From Phoronis australis (taxonomy: Eukaryota > Animalia > Phoronida), in NCBI GenBank assembly GCA_002633005.1, contig NMRA01000134.1, positions 783,012 to 847,011 on the forward strand: a stretch of DNA of 64,000 nt, in the 5' to 3' direction. Each line of letters starts with the position of its first letter. Within the stretch, counting starts at the first letter, position 1. A program made the position numbers and the translations under genes. Positions 50,515 through 63,030 of the stretch are shown here, one piece after another. The notes under the pieces are model-generated. The model ran no database searches, had not been told where the DNA came from, and worked only from the letters and a program-made list of their open reading frames with translations.

Positions 50515-51167
50515 TGGAAAGCCAAAGAGGAAAAAGTTACAGACACATTTAGTAGTTCAGAATCAGAATCTCAGAATCAAAAATAAAAGAACTCAAAATC
50601 AGAATTTATCATGCCAGGACCTATAATTTATCACGCAAGGAACAAATTTTAGCATGTCAGGACATAAAATTTAACACGCCAACCTCGAACGAAAATTTAT
50701 CACGCGAGCACGGACAATTTCATGCCAGGATACCACGTGACCATCCACTGTCCGACAATGGCGATCACCTGTGTCTCAACTCAGAAGTGTTTTAGTCCAA
50801 CGTGTCCATTGAATTCTGTTGCAAAGCGCGGAAGAGGCAACTTCATTGTCAAAAAATATGTCTGTCATCCGCGAGACATTACGGAACGCTTAGCCCTTGT
50901 GCAACTAGTACCGTCGTCATCACTTTGAGGGGTAAATCCTTGTGAATGCTCAAGTGGTTTCGTGGCATGAAAATTGTCTGGCGTGATAAAATTTCGGTTC
51001 TGCAGCGTGTTAAATTTTGGTCCTTACGTGTTAAATTTTCGATCATGGCGTGATAAATTTGAATTGTTTTTTGGTCTTGAAGAGTAGAAAAAATGTTTTG
51101 GCATGTTTCTAAATCTTGCATAGAAAATATAAGTCCTCGTTATTTTGCTGCTTTTATTGGTTTTCCA
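50515..51167. mobile_element. TA-flanked foldback-type MITE whose right end abuts the PDE9 exon 8 acceptor
   Basis: TA|TGGAAAGCCAA ... TTGGTTTTCCA|TA. Inverted subterminal arrays of aattt(t)a(t/a)cacgc at 50600-50730 versus gcgtg(a/t)taaa(a)ttt at 50960-51062. Confidence 0.55.
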
Positions 51168-51170
51168 TAG

Positions 51171-51303
51171 TAATTACATTGCTAAATGTTCAATCACCAG
51201 ACCAATCACTGCAGACGGCGGAGTACCCGTTGAACGATATTTCAGTACGGCCACGGACGAGAGGAAGATAGGCTTGAAGCGAGATATCCCTACCTACCCA
51301 AAG
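51171..51303 (+). CDS. PDE9A: PDE9 coding exon 8
   Basis: ttttccatag acceptor, GTAACG donor, phase compatible; ends KIGLKRDIPTYPK, resembling KLTPRRDVPTYPK. Confidence 0.85.
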
Positions 51304-54300
51304 GTAACGTGGGTAGCGCCGGTCCTTTGTATTTAAGTCTCCAAACACCCATGAGCACGTCACACGTTACCGAGCACCCGTACTCTAGTGTTATGGGCTG
51401 TCATTTTTGGACCCACCCAACAGTAATACACGAGGGCAGTCAAGGTTAAATGGCTGATGCAACAAACGTGAATCCGAACTTTGAAATGTAAGTGGGTAAT
51501 TAAACCCATGTTCCGGCCAACAAGTGAATTTTTGATTTATACCACTTTCAACTTGTTGCTTACTCAGATAAGAGGTGACCTCGGGGTTTCCAAAGGGGCC
51601 ACATTTCGTCTTCCTTGAGACTACTCTCAAAATTACACGCCGTGACAAGCCAACTCAAATCGCAACAGTTTGGCTATGCAACAATCTGAGACCAATTTCA
51701 CACTGACGAGTGGTCTCAATTAAAAGTTATTTTTCGTAGTAAAAGGCGCACTGCGTCGCTAATTAATGCCTCTGAGGAGTCACGTGGTCGTTGTGAATTA
51801 TTGTTTTTGTCACAAGAAAAGAACGTTGACTGGTTTTTAGCGTCTTGGCAGATTTGTGCGAAATTTTATGTGTTTATATCCTTTGGTCTGTGATTGGGGG
51901 AATCGTGTTTTGGATTTGTGATTAACTTCAAGCAACGTATAGTTAAGTCAAGGGTTGCTCAGTTTCTTTAAGTTTGCGACTTAATTGGAATTTTCATGTT
52001 GATAAAACAGGCTGTTTCGAGCTACGATTATAAATTGAGTATTTGAAACAAGACATTTTCAACGACAAAGGTGACATTTTCTCATAAATACCGGTCACAA
52101 GGCAAAGGAACATCACTTCATATTTTTTATGGTCCTTTGCCTTTTGTGTTAAAACACACGGACACTGTTTTTTTTTCATGAGTATAAAGCAATGTCTGTT
52201 GAAACATAAATGGACGCGTAACACAACCTCAAATCGAGCAACTTTCATGTACACAGTACATTTCCTGCTTCCCAAACTACCCTCTTGTAGTGCTGCACAC
52301 ACATGGCTAGTGTGTTTCCAGAAAAAAATCTGCTGACGTGTCAGTGCGGAAACTGATGCGCAGTGTCGAGCGGTGTCCTGACTACTTGTTCATAGGCCAC
52401 CGAGTGTCGCTTCAGTGTTGACTAAACTTTGTGTAATACCGTAGATACATATTGGACTGTTCTGTCGATTATAGCAAGGACTCTTTACCGGGACTGAAGA
52501 CACCGAAGCGTCTTCCCGATTTCCAGAAGGTATACGAGTATTCTCAAAAAAATGGAGTGCTTTTAATGTCATTTCTCCTTTTTAATATTATTACGCCCTC
52601 TTCTTTATTCTGTAGTTGAAGAAGTTGTTAACTGACACTACACAATTATTTGTCTTGCATTACACGGTCTTTTATTTTTACTGTTAACTAGCTAGTTTTG
52701 TAGTACACATTAACATTTACACACCCTTGTGCGTTCAGCGTCTAATTAGTCTAGTTGCCATAGCACGCGCTCTCTGAGCAGATAGGTAGGCCTACAGACC
52801 ATTCGATCATATTAATACATTTGCACGCAGACACGGGATTAAGTTCATATTATATGAACTCGATAAGTCAGAACTCTTACAACGGGTTGTAGAACTCATT
52901 TGATCCATCACAGAGCACGTTTCAAGCAGCGTACTAACTCTTACTCTCATGCGTTACTTATAACTCAATGTGTATATAATGCACGTTTCATCCGATGTTG
53001 TTCACAGAATTTTGAAATGAGTAACTTTTTATAAGGATTGCCTGTGAACGCCTGCGGCTTACAAGGCGATGTATCTGCCTACGCGCATGAGTGTACACAT
53101 GCATGCTTTCACATGCGTATGGCCGCAACCTTACATTCAAGTTATCTTTGTGATCGCTACAGTACTTAAGTATTCACTGCTACACTAAATTACTCCAAAC
53201 TAATTCCTCCATCTGCACGGTAACTCTTCGAGATGAGTGGGTGTTTGGAAGACTTGTCATGCATTTCATCACTCTTACTTGTTTTAACAAGTAACCCCAC
53301 CCCCCCCCCCCCTTCGCTTTGTTTCCTTTTGTTTTTTTCTGCTTGAAGTCGATTCGTACCGGAATATCTGATAACAAGCCCGTCCACATGTAAACGCACG
53401 AACGTACATTCTAAACATTCGCAGGATGTTAGCCTAAACTCGTGAACTTTCTTTAAGAGTCAAAAGAGGGCTAATTTCTAAAAAAGAAGCATTTGATAGA
53501 GCACAATCATGTGATTTATTGTCAACAAAATCAACTTAGTTTGCTCTCTTGTCGTTGTACCTTTTGAGCCAGATCACCTACAACGACATTTTATTGACCC
53601 TGAACATTTGCAAGCGCGGGACATTTGGGTTCAGTTCATAAAAGTGACATTTTTGGGAAATAGCATATACCTAGTGTCGGGTTATCAGAACTTCCGGAAT
53701 GAATAATCCGCTCAATTTACGTAGAACAGGCTCATTAATTGCTCTCAATTCATTTGTAAAATGTGCCTTCTAACTGAAAGAAGTTGTGGACGAATTACAT
53801 GTAATTGAGTAATTTTAATGTTAAATTTATTTTCAATTGAGAAATTAACATGTTATACAGAGGTTCATGCGACGTTATATGTTCAGCTCCTGTCTATCAG
53901 TTGTCAAAATTGGCGAAGTATTTTTAAAATTGTTTTGTTGAGAGGCACTTAGAACCACTTACGTCACCTGAGGCCACTCCTCAATATTCCTCCACGTTAA
54001 GCACAGCGCCACCTTGGAATGGTCTGGTAACTCAGTATCGCTAAAGGACTCTTTTCAGTCGGCGCAACGAAACAACAAAATGTCGTGGAATCGATTGTTC
54101 ATTGCACGTAATGGAGGCATTATGATTTACTTTTGTAACAGTGAAATGAGGGTGTCCTCAAAACTGCATTTCGAATTGAAAAATTGTTTTCTTTACGGAT
54201 ACGGCACCTGCAATGTCATTCTCAGTACCTCGCGGAAATGAATAAACCCTTTTTGGTTCATCTTATAGTAACCCAAACTTATTTACATTACTCATCAAAA

Positions 54301-54402
54301 TTGTTCAACAAAGCCAACTTTTCTAATACCTGTAAAGGTTTTAATCATTCAAAGAGTGCTTCCCTGTAACTCTGTTATTCAACCAATTCTATTGTTTTCT
54401 AG

Positions 54403-54477
54403 TACACCCTTTCTCAGGAAACCACTGAGTACTTAAAACAGCCCACGTTCGACATCTGGCATTGGGAACCCAATGAG
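54403..54477 (+). CDS. PDE9A: PDE9 coding exon 9
   Basis: YTLSQETTEYLKQPTFDIWHWEPNE; canonical AG and GTAAGC. Confidence 0.93.
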
Positions 54478-54879
54478 GTAAGCATCACATTGGCGAAAGT
54501 TTCCGCATGATCTGAACTGCAATCTCCATGTTGTCCATCTTAGAATCCAACGTGGTTGTTGGTAACAAACGTTTTGACATTATCAATGTTACGAAACACC
54601 GCAGAGACGTAAACGGCATCAGACAGTGCATCATACTCCATTGTCATATATCGTATGCGATAGGTTCAGTTTGTATGGCAGCAAACTTGAAATTTAACAC
54701 GAGTTTCGATTGAAGATTACCTTGTGATCTATGGAGACATGTAATGGTCATCAATCTTGTAACCATTTCTAAAATATAGCGGCGGTCTATTTACACAAAC
54801 CTGTAGCATATTTACATTGGCACGCCGAGGTTTCGGTCGGTCATTTCTGCGGCCATCTTCAAATACTACAACGTTCTTA

Positions 54880-55000
54880 GGAGAAAGAGCACGGGTCTCT
54901 GGTACACTCATAGTGGGCACTTGGATAGTATTTTTCCTGGAGCACGACGAGGTTTGAACCGGGGACGTTTCAGTGGTCAGTCCAGCACTTTAACCACGTT
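54880..55000 (-). mobile_element. tRNA-derived SINE head fragment
   Basis: - strand gtggttaaagtgctggac...ccccGGTTCAAACCtc has A-box and B-box-like motifs but no complete cloverleaf. Confidence 0.45.
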
Positions 55001-55169
55001 TTGTATACTTTTGAAAATGTCTATGGGTATAGAATAATACCCGATAGATTACACGAACGTTCTGGTGATGTAGGTTTTCGTCAATGTCTACATTCATTTC
55101 TGCCAACCGTATATCGCAAATTGCCGAAATGAATGATTATATTTCACCAATTGTCGCCACCTTTTCCAG

Positions 55170-55256
55170 ATGCTGAGCCTGTTGGAACACATGTACCACG
55201 AGTTGGGCCTGGTTCATGAGTTCAACATGAACCCAATAACCCTGAAAAGATGGTTG
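55170..55256 (+). CDS. PDE9A: PDE9 coding exon 10
   Basis: [29 protein letters not shown]; AG and GTGAGT. Confidence 0.95.
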
Positions 55257-55518
55257 GTGAGTACCCTAATTGTCAGACCATCCCCGGGAACAGGGTCACC
55301 TTTGCATCCCGAAAGTTTTGTGCTTCAAAGTTTAGTATCACACACAAGGTTCATTAACGGACAAGTGAATCTTCCGAACATATGCTGCAAAACCGGCACG
55401 CAGTATTGTACGGTACACTTAGAGCTCAAATGGGTCACCGTAAATTAGTTTAATGATCCGAATGTCGGTGTCAAAGTGATGGAATAGGGCGTGGGACTAA
55501 CGAATTAGCGTAGATACG

Positions 55519-55815
55519 CATTTGGACACGTTGGATGTCATCCACACATTTATTCAGGCATTCAGGCAATGTAGATCAATCGCAAATTCATTTGGACTAA
55601 CACGTTGGATGCCATCCACACATTTATTCAGGCATTCAGGCAATGTAGATCAATCGCAAATTCATTTGGACTAACACGTTGGATGTCATCCACACATTTA
55701 TTCAGGCATTCAGGCAATGTAGATCAATCGCAAATTCATTTGGACTAACACGTTGGATGTCATCCACACATTTATTCAGGCATTCAGGCAATGTAGATCA
55801 GTCGCAAATTCATTT
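55519..55815. repeat. 74-bp tandem repeat, 4 near-identical copies
   Basis: Units start at 55519 (4 nt shorter), 55589, 55663 and 55737; each has the interrupted palindrome TGGATG-N-CATCCA. Confidence 0.95.
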
Positions 55816-56095
55816 TTGTCTCAAGCTCCCGAAATGTGTGTTAATTTGACTTCCCAATGGAAGAAGTTTGTTCAATAGTCCGTCTCATTGTATACAAACG
55901 TACACCAGTCTTGCACGACTGACAAGGGTTGTAAGTCACGTTTGATAAACAGGAATATTGCAACAAGCATTTTGAGTGATTTATTGTGTAGAGGCAGGTG
56001 ATTCAAGCGTTAAAGTGGTGAAAAGAAAAAGTAAAACTATTATGCCGCTCCTCTCAACCTGAATCCGTCCTTTAATGGCAAATTTCCTTCGACAG

Positions 56096-56283
56096 TTGTG
56101 TGTCCAGGAGAACTATCGGAACAATCCATTCCACAACTTCCGTCACTGTTTCTGCGTCACGCAGATGATGTATGGGATGATCAACTTGTGTAAGTTGTGG
56201 GAGAAGATGAGTCGAGAGGACCTCGGTATAATGTTGACGGCGGCAGTATGCCATGACTTGGACCACCCGGGGTACAATAACAC
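56096..56283 (+). CDS. PDE9A: PDE9 coding exon 11 (catalytic, metal-binding)
   Basis: [21 protein letters not shown]...[15 protein letters not shown] contains the class I PDE signature HDxxHxGxxN in a PDE9-specific context. Confidence 0.97.
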
Positions 56284-56799
56284 GTGAGTAGCGTGCGTCA
56301 AGGAGCATGCATAAAAGTAATGTCAAATCACCGCCTGGCTTGGTAGGCAAGCCCTATAAGTTTCTCTGTCGATCAGAAATAATATTTTCTCTCCTCTGCA
56401 GCGTTCAACCTAAGCGTTGTTGATGTCCAGGCCTAGCATTGACGCACGAAACTTGAGCTTCGTCTACCGTTCTCTTGGCTGGTGCGAAGTTCTTTATATT
56501 TCAATCAAAATCATATGTGTCTTGTACACTGTTCACTTTGGGGTTTGGGACAGGGACGAGGTCCATAGTGTGGCTTTTATAAGCCAGCCATTACTTACTT
56601 TTGCTTCTACTTATTGTATAATGGCCGCAGGTCGTATTCACTCAGTCGGTCAAGATACCGGTACATCCCCACAGTTACACCAGGAAAGATATTTGATACT
56701 GCTTTGACCCAAGGTAGATTATGTGATTGATATTTACAAGTTTAGCTGATTTAACTCGAGACAACGTAGCTGACAACCAAAACTGCATCTTCTAAAAAG

Positions 56800-56956
56800 G
56801 TACCAGATCAACGCGCGCACGGAGTTGGCCATCCGCTATAATGACATATCTCCCCTTGAAAACCACCACTGTGCTGTGGCGTTCCAGATACTGAGTAATC
56901 CAGAGTGTAACATCTTTTGCAACGTCGACGAGGACACATTCAAGCGAATTCGCTCG
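56800..56956 (+). CDS. PDE9A: PDE9 coding exon 12
   Basis: [39 protein letters not shown]; acceptor tctaaaaag, donor GTGAGT. Confidence 0.95.
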
Positions 56957-58944
56957 GTGAGTCCAGATATAATCACTAATGGTAATAAGTAAAACGTAAC
57001 TAACTAGAAATGTTCCGAATGAAAACGTTTGTTGGGAATGTCGTGTATAATGTAATATGTCGACAAAGGCACATATTTAAGCCAGTAGTATCAGATATTC
57101 GTACAGTTTAAAGAGATTCAGATTTGAGAAATTGGAAAATGTTTTCGACGGTTTTCCTACAAATATCCTTGTGAGTTCAGAGCAGAGGTTTATGAGAAGT
57201 GTATCATGTAACTGTTCGTCTACGTCACCTTCAGTTAAATTAGCCTATTGCCCATGGGCAGTCGACCTACTGGTATCGCCAAAAATTGTACGGAACCCTT
57301 TTAATATCTAGTGAAGTCGGCAAGCGATAGGCTTTGGTGTTTTTACATAGTTTAGGATTCATCGGCTTAACATTTACTCATGATTTTACAAATAAGTGAA
57401 ATTCGTCCAGCTTTTGTGTGACGTCATATTGATTGAAGCTATAATTGACTAGTAGTAATAAATGCAAATTTCCCAATTCTAATTAGACTGATTACATAAT
57501 TTCTGTATTTGATTTCTAACTTACCACAACAAATTCGCGTGCTATGGTGAAAAGAATGGCCAATGCCGCTCCCAATGTGTAACTCTATACATGCTCTTGG
57601 AAACCCATGTGTCCGTTTTATTTGCAAGCGTAGCTTTTTCTTTCAATTTTTAAGAAAGATACTTGTTCAGATCAAGCCTGCTAGCTAGCTGTATGAAGTT
57701 TTCAAACTTAACATCAAAAGGTTGAAATACAACTGTATATTTATGATGCTTTGTACCAAGGCTAGTCCACACCTTACGTCGTCACGTGACTGTTTTCTCC
57801 CGAATAAGACAACAATAAACAAATTTACAGGCACGCTACGTAGAAACGAGCATGAGTCACCGCTTCCACAAACTTTTCCTTTCACATAGTGTTCACGGAA
57901 GCCATGGAAACGGTGATTTAAAAAACCCAGTCTCGAGATGTACATGTAAAGGCTAATCCATAAGAATGGAAAAGTTTGGTATGAGAACGCTTTCGTTTGA
58001 AAGAACTCTTACACTTTGGTGTCTTCAACAATCGTTTTCTAAAATCGTGTTTCGCTTCACGTGTCCCAGTTGCGTACTTGTCTTTTTGTTTCATTCTTCA
58101 GGTTAGACACACTGACGTAGACTAGCTTGGGGTATGACAACCAGTCAATACTCTTATTCGCTTAGTTGATCCGTCCTGTTTGCTTCCACGTTTGACTTAG
58201 CGCGAGCAATGGCCAAGTATTCCAATTGCGAAGCACGTGGTTACACTAGTTTCCTTTGTGATATTCTTGCTTTTACGGAACTAAACCGAGTTTACAAGAA
58301 ATGTGTGTTTGTGTGCTGTGTGCGGATGAGACACTATTTAACATAGCGTGTTATCAAGGCTGCACTTTCTAATACACCCAAACGTGAAAGCAAGACATAT
58401 GAAGACCTGGATTTTAACATTTAGTTGAATTTAAGGATAACTCGTGATCAACTGGCCAGTCCTACAATATTCTGAAGCGTTGTTTTATAAATGCTCTCGT
58501 GGAACTGGAAATAAAGTTATACTTTGGGAAGGTAAATTTCAAAAAAATATATTAGAATGAAGTGGCCCTACCTTGATTTTGGGGGGGGGGAATACCTCTG
58601 CCTTAATTTTGTACGGGCAAAATGGCCTTGCCTTGATTTTTGAGATTTATGACTGGTAAACAGAAAGAAGGGAAGTTTTAAATATTATTTCACTGCGCAG
58701 TGAGCGTTTCAACAAAGCGAGTAGAAATCTAGAGCGACTTTTACATGTTTCTGTGGTAACTGAATTAAAATCATTCTATTTGGTTTGGTTAAGCATAAAT
58801 ATAGGCTTCCACCAGCTGCCACCACAGAAGACTAGTCTTGGTATTACTGTATCTTTCTTGAATTCATGTCCCAATCTCATTTTCTGTGACCATTGAAGGG
58901 CGTAAATCTGGTTGTTAACAATTAACATTTCATTACCTTGGCAG

Positions 58945-59058
58945 GGATTAACTATGATGATCTTGTCCACGGACATGTCACGACACGGCGAGATCATGGA
59001 CGCATTTAAGTCCATGGTTGAGTGTTTTGAGTTTGAAGCGAAAGACAGTAAAGACACG
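58945..59058 (+). CDS. PDE9A: PDE9 exon 13A (duplicated, alternative)
   Basis: ggcag acceptor, GTAAAC donor, 114 nt, phase 0; GLTMMILSTDMSRHGEIMDAFKSMVECFEFEAKDSKDT. Confidence 0.8.
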
Positions 59059-59121
59059 GTAAACTGTCGTTGTGTGCGGGCACTGTATTGGCATGACAAT
59101 GTATGTTTTACACTTTCCTAG

Positions 59122-59235
59122 GGCGTAGTAATGCTTATTCTGGCAACAGACATGGCGCGTCACAGCGAAATACTGGAGGCTTTCAAGGCCAAATTGGGAC
59201 ATTTTGATTTTGGAAGTCAGGATCATTTGAATTCG
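59122..59235 (+). CDS. PDE9A: PDE9 exon 13B (duplicated, closer to canonical PDE9)
   Basis: ctttcctag acceptor, GTAATT donor, 114 nt, phase 0; GVVMLILATDMARHSEILEAFKAKLGHFDFGSQDHLNS. Confidence 0.92.
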
Positions 59236-59824
59236 GTAATTTTTACGCATTTTCATCAATAGTTCAAGCATAGCGAACAGAAGATTTTGTCTTTTTTAAA
59301 GTGTCATAGGCTTCGAAATTCAAGTATAAATCAATGATAATTTAACTTAACACAAAATAGTTATGCCTACAAACATTATTTACTTAAACGGAATGTAAGT
59401 AATGAGATATTGGGAAATGTTAAATTCATGCCATGTTTTCAGCATAGTTTTTAACCTTTAGATTCTGTAGTTGACTGCATCTTTCACACACTTATGGTTC
59501 AAATTCATGTTTATCGTAATAATTTCACTGAACGTTCACCTCAAGCACTACACAAACGTAGCTGATTGTTAACGTATCGCGGTCTGGCACACTAGAATAT
59601 TGCGGATCGTTGTCACGTGTTGACTTGAGCGCTAAAATTGCATGGATTCCAATTGTTTAGATAGCACTTATAATGCATGCAATCTTCTCGTGACTAAGCA
59701 ACTGAGCTTAGAATAGCAATTTCGAACATCCTCTTATGTATTTAATAACCCAGATATTGCCATCTAAACATATTCTCTAGTTATTTGCTGTTAACCGCTA
59801 GCTGATAGTGTAAGTTTTTTGCAG

Positions 59825-59929
59825 CTTAAAATGGTCATAATCAAATGCTGTGACATTTCCAATGAAGTCCGCCCAATGTCTGTCTCCGAACCTTGGGTTG
59901 ACTGCCTGCTTGAAGAGTATTTTAATCAG
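59825..59929 (+). CDS. PDE9A: PDE9 coding exon 14
   Basis: [35 protein letters not shown]; AG and GTAAGA. Confidence 0.96.
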
Positions 59930-61309
59930 GTAAGACAACACGTCGTTTACATAATGGTTAATTAAAATACTTTTACTGTGAAGGATGAAGACAGCAACAG
60001 CGACATCCTTAGTAAGAACATGACAACACAAGAATAACACCACTAGCAACACAAAGACACCAACAGCAAAATCACAGTAACAAGAGCAACAAACGCGTTG
60101 TTGTAGCGCAAGCCTTATTGGGGATCACAAACTGCTAAACTCAACTTTTGCCCTCCCCCTTCGTGGTGTCAAGTTTCAGATTTCTCCCAATCGCCGCCGA
60201 TTTCGCATTCCCCGCCATGGGCCTGCTGACTTAGTTGTTTAAGGGTTAACACAGGGAGGTAGCCACCAGAAACTGGGGTGCTTATGTTTCGACATACGTA
60301 TCGGTATCAGTAAAAGTAATGTAAGAAACTCCTATCACAGGCTGCGAAACTCGACGAGAAATAGCACCAGAGTAGACGAAACATCGGTCTCGGAAACTTT
60401 AGTTGTGGTTGCTGCGTCTGTTTCGGAGGCTAAAATTAAGCTTCAGGTCGAGGTCCGTTTTAGTATGGTTCAGTTTGGGAAATGATCACTTTAATGGGAT
60501 CATGTGTGGAAAAATGCGCGGTTCCGGGGTCCCTTGTAGCCTACCCTGCTTAAGGAAATGTTGAAACACTCGGCAAAAATGGGCTTCCCTAACAAAAAAA
60601 AAACGATCCGGCCAGGGGTCCCAACGGGTACCAGCACAGGTGATTGACGAGTGTTTTCCTAAAATATCTCTCTTCTCCATATTTAGCCCTGTCTTATGCT
60701 GGTCGCCAGGGTTTCGCCATGACGCCTGCAATTTGGGAGCACTCTTCCTTCAGCGCTGGCAGCAGAAGCCACAACACCAATAACCACCGAAGATTTTGAC
60801 TTTTTGAAACATCATATAATAGTATCAATAGATGTAGAAAGAAATCAATTACTAGAAAAAGCGCTGAGCGACGTTTTCGACTGCATCACCTGGTCTTCAA
60901 CTCAGTGGCTACTTCTTATAAGGCCGATAGCCGGAGCTTTGGTCAAGCGGCGTGATGGTCCGGTCTCATATGTGAGGGAGTTGAAATACCAGTTACATGC
61001 TTTTTCAGAGATGGGTTCTCTTTATGTTAATGTAACGCTTCTTTTACAACTCCTCTTAACCAGTTATTCTCATAGTCTAAGATAACGACATCCCTTGTTT
61101 TAAAATCGTATCCTGTACTGCAGAAAAGACTAAAAACAATGGAGTCGAATGTGACCCCATAACTAAGACCACGATGCAGATACATACGCGTCTTCAAGCA
61201 CTATTTCGTTTCACTGATATACCTGTCCGAACATTGAGCGTCTCATTGTTTGGGTGGCTGCTGTGTCGGTGAAAGGTAACATGTTTCGACGCTCCGTATG
61301 TCCCAACAC

Positions 61310-61550
61310 TGTTGTCTCACCACCACTCTCAACACCACCCACACTCCACCATCACCATCACAAGCACCACCAACACCGTGCCACCGCAATCTTCCTAGCA
61401 TCACCACTTCCCACCACCTTACCCCAATCACCTCCATTTAGCACCATCATCTTCACCACCAGAACCATCCCGACCAAAGACCCTCACCACTTCCACCACC
61501 ATCATCCTCCGGCCACCTTCAATATCGCCACCATCACCATCCGCGACCAT
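61310..61550. repeat. CCA/CAC-rich low-complexity tract
   Basis: Degenerate (CCA)n; source of the His/Pro/Thr-rich spurious ORF 61254-61598. Confidence 0.85.
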
Positions 61551-61677
61551 GTACAACAAAATCAACAAAATAGAAGGATACCTGCACGGGCTTTTTAAAA
61601 TAATAACAACAGATAGATACAGATTTTCCGAAATGCCGTGCTTGTGGGTGCATTTTATCGTCGCTGTTCATTTTCAG

Positions 61678-61806
61678 TCAGACCGCGAGAAGGAGGAAGG
61701 ATTGCCGGTTGCCCCGTTCATGGACAGGGAAAAGGTGACCAAACCCACGGCCCAAATTGGCTTCATCAAGTTTGTCCTTATTCCCATGTTTGAGCAGGTC
61801 GCCAAG
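61678..61806 (+). CDS. PDE9A: PDE9 coding exon 15
   Basis: [43 protein letters not shown] includes the invariant substrate-binding Gln (AQIGF). Confidence 0.97.
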
Positions 61807-62395
61807 GTAACTGTATGATTTAGTACTGGGTAATTGCGTGTCATATAATATGAATATTTTATTGTGCGTCTCATTATGCAAGTTGAAAACCCTGGAAAAC
61901 AACCCAGTGGCTAGAATCATAAATACCCAAGCTAATCGACTGCGAGTTATAAATACTTTAACCAATCAGCTGTAAGTTATACTCTGGCCAATCAGTTGTG
62001 ACTCTAGCCAACCGGGCGCTGCGGCGTCTGTTTGAATCGAGCCCACCAGCAACTGGCGTGTCCGTGGGCTTTCGTAGTCCATGAATGGGCATAAAGACTA
62101 GTGTCTTGGATGTACCGCAACGTGCAACAGTTTGCTGGCTTCCCAACACCAATTTTGATAATGTAACCGTTTCAGTGAATTACCATCAAAAGTGCATCGT
62201 AAATAATTTGTTGCTGTAACACACTTGCAAAGCACTTGTGGGACTTATCAACAGTAGCTATGGTAGGCGTGGTCACCTAACTGCGTTTGTATGAACTATT
62301 CATTGGTGAGACTCATTCTATTTTCTAGACTGGTGAAAACGAACAAAGAATATCTTCGAAATTTAATTTGTTTTCATTGCCTTTATTGCTCATAG

Positions 62396-62497
62396 CTATT
62401 TCCGATGTTGGAGCCCGTTATGGTGGAACCTCTCAAAAAGGCCCACTCCCACTACGAAGAAATGAAGAATCGAACAGATGCCACGAAAGAGGCAATG
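62396..62497 (+). CDS. PDE9A: PDE9 coding exon 16 (gene probably continues beyond the window; read-through would stop at 62530)
   Basis: catag acceptor; LFPMLEPVMVEPLKKAHSHYEEMKNRTDATKEAM resembles LFPMVEEIMLQPLWESRDRYEELK; GTGCGT donor. Confidence 0.85.
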
Positions 62498-62734
62498 GTG
62501 CGTTGCAATAAGACAGCAGCAGTGGCTTAAGCGTTTACTTGCAGGCGCGGGTCCATTGGGCGTGCACAGGTGTCTGGACCCCCATACTTGATCCCTCGTA
62601 CATTCCTAGGGTAGATGAATCTAAAGTGCTCTACTGACGCGCCCCCTTTAAATGATCCTGCTTCCCTAAGTGTTTTAATTCATAGGATTTGAAATACCTT
62701 ACTGTGAGGTTCTGGATAGTTACAAGCCATCTGG

Positions 62735-63030
62735 GGGTGAGGGACATTACACCGAAGGACTGTTACTCAGAAGAGCCTTTACCCCCGAAGAGCCTTTAGT
62801 TAGAATTCGCTTTACTTTCGGAGTAGCGGAGCGTCAGAGTATAGACTTTTCGAAATATAGATCCTTCAAAGAACACAACAAGGAAGTTCGTAACAATATT
62901 ATTTCGGAGTAACGGCCCTTCGCAGTGAGGACACAATACGACACGCCGTGTATTTCGTCTTCACTCCGAAGCATCGATACTCCAAAAACAAAAACTTCGC
63001 AGTAACGGCCGTTCTATGCAACAACCCGCC
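62735..63030. mobile_element. Possible foldback MITE with short subterminal repeats
   Basis: ttac(a/t)ccgaag-like units on the left and inverted ttcggagtaacggcc-like units on the right. Confidence 0.4.

Noticed and set aside
54937-55000. tRNA gene
   Set aside because: A-box and B-box-like motifs only, with no acceptor stem or cloverleaf; treated as a SINE head.
61254-61598. His/Pro/Thr-rich ORF
   Set aside because: Translation of a degenerate (CCA)n tract in a PDE9 intron.
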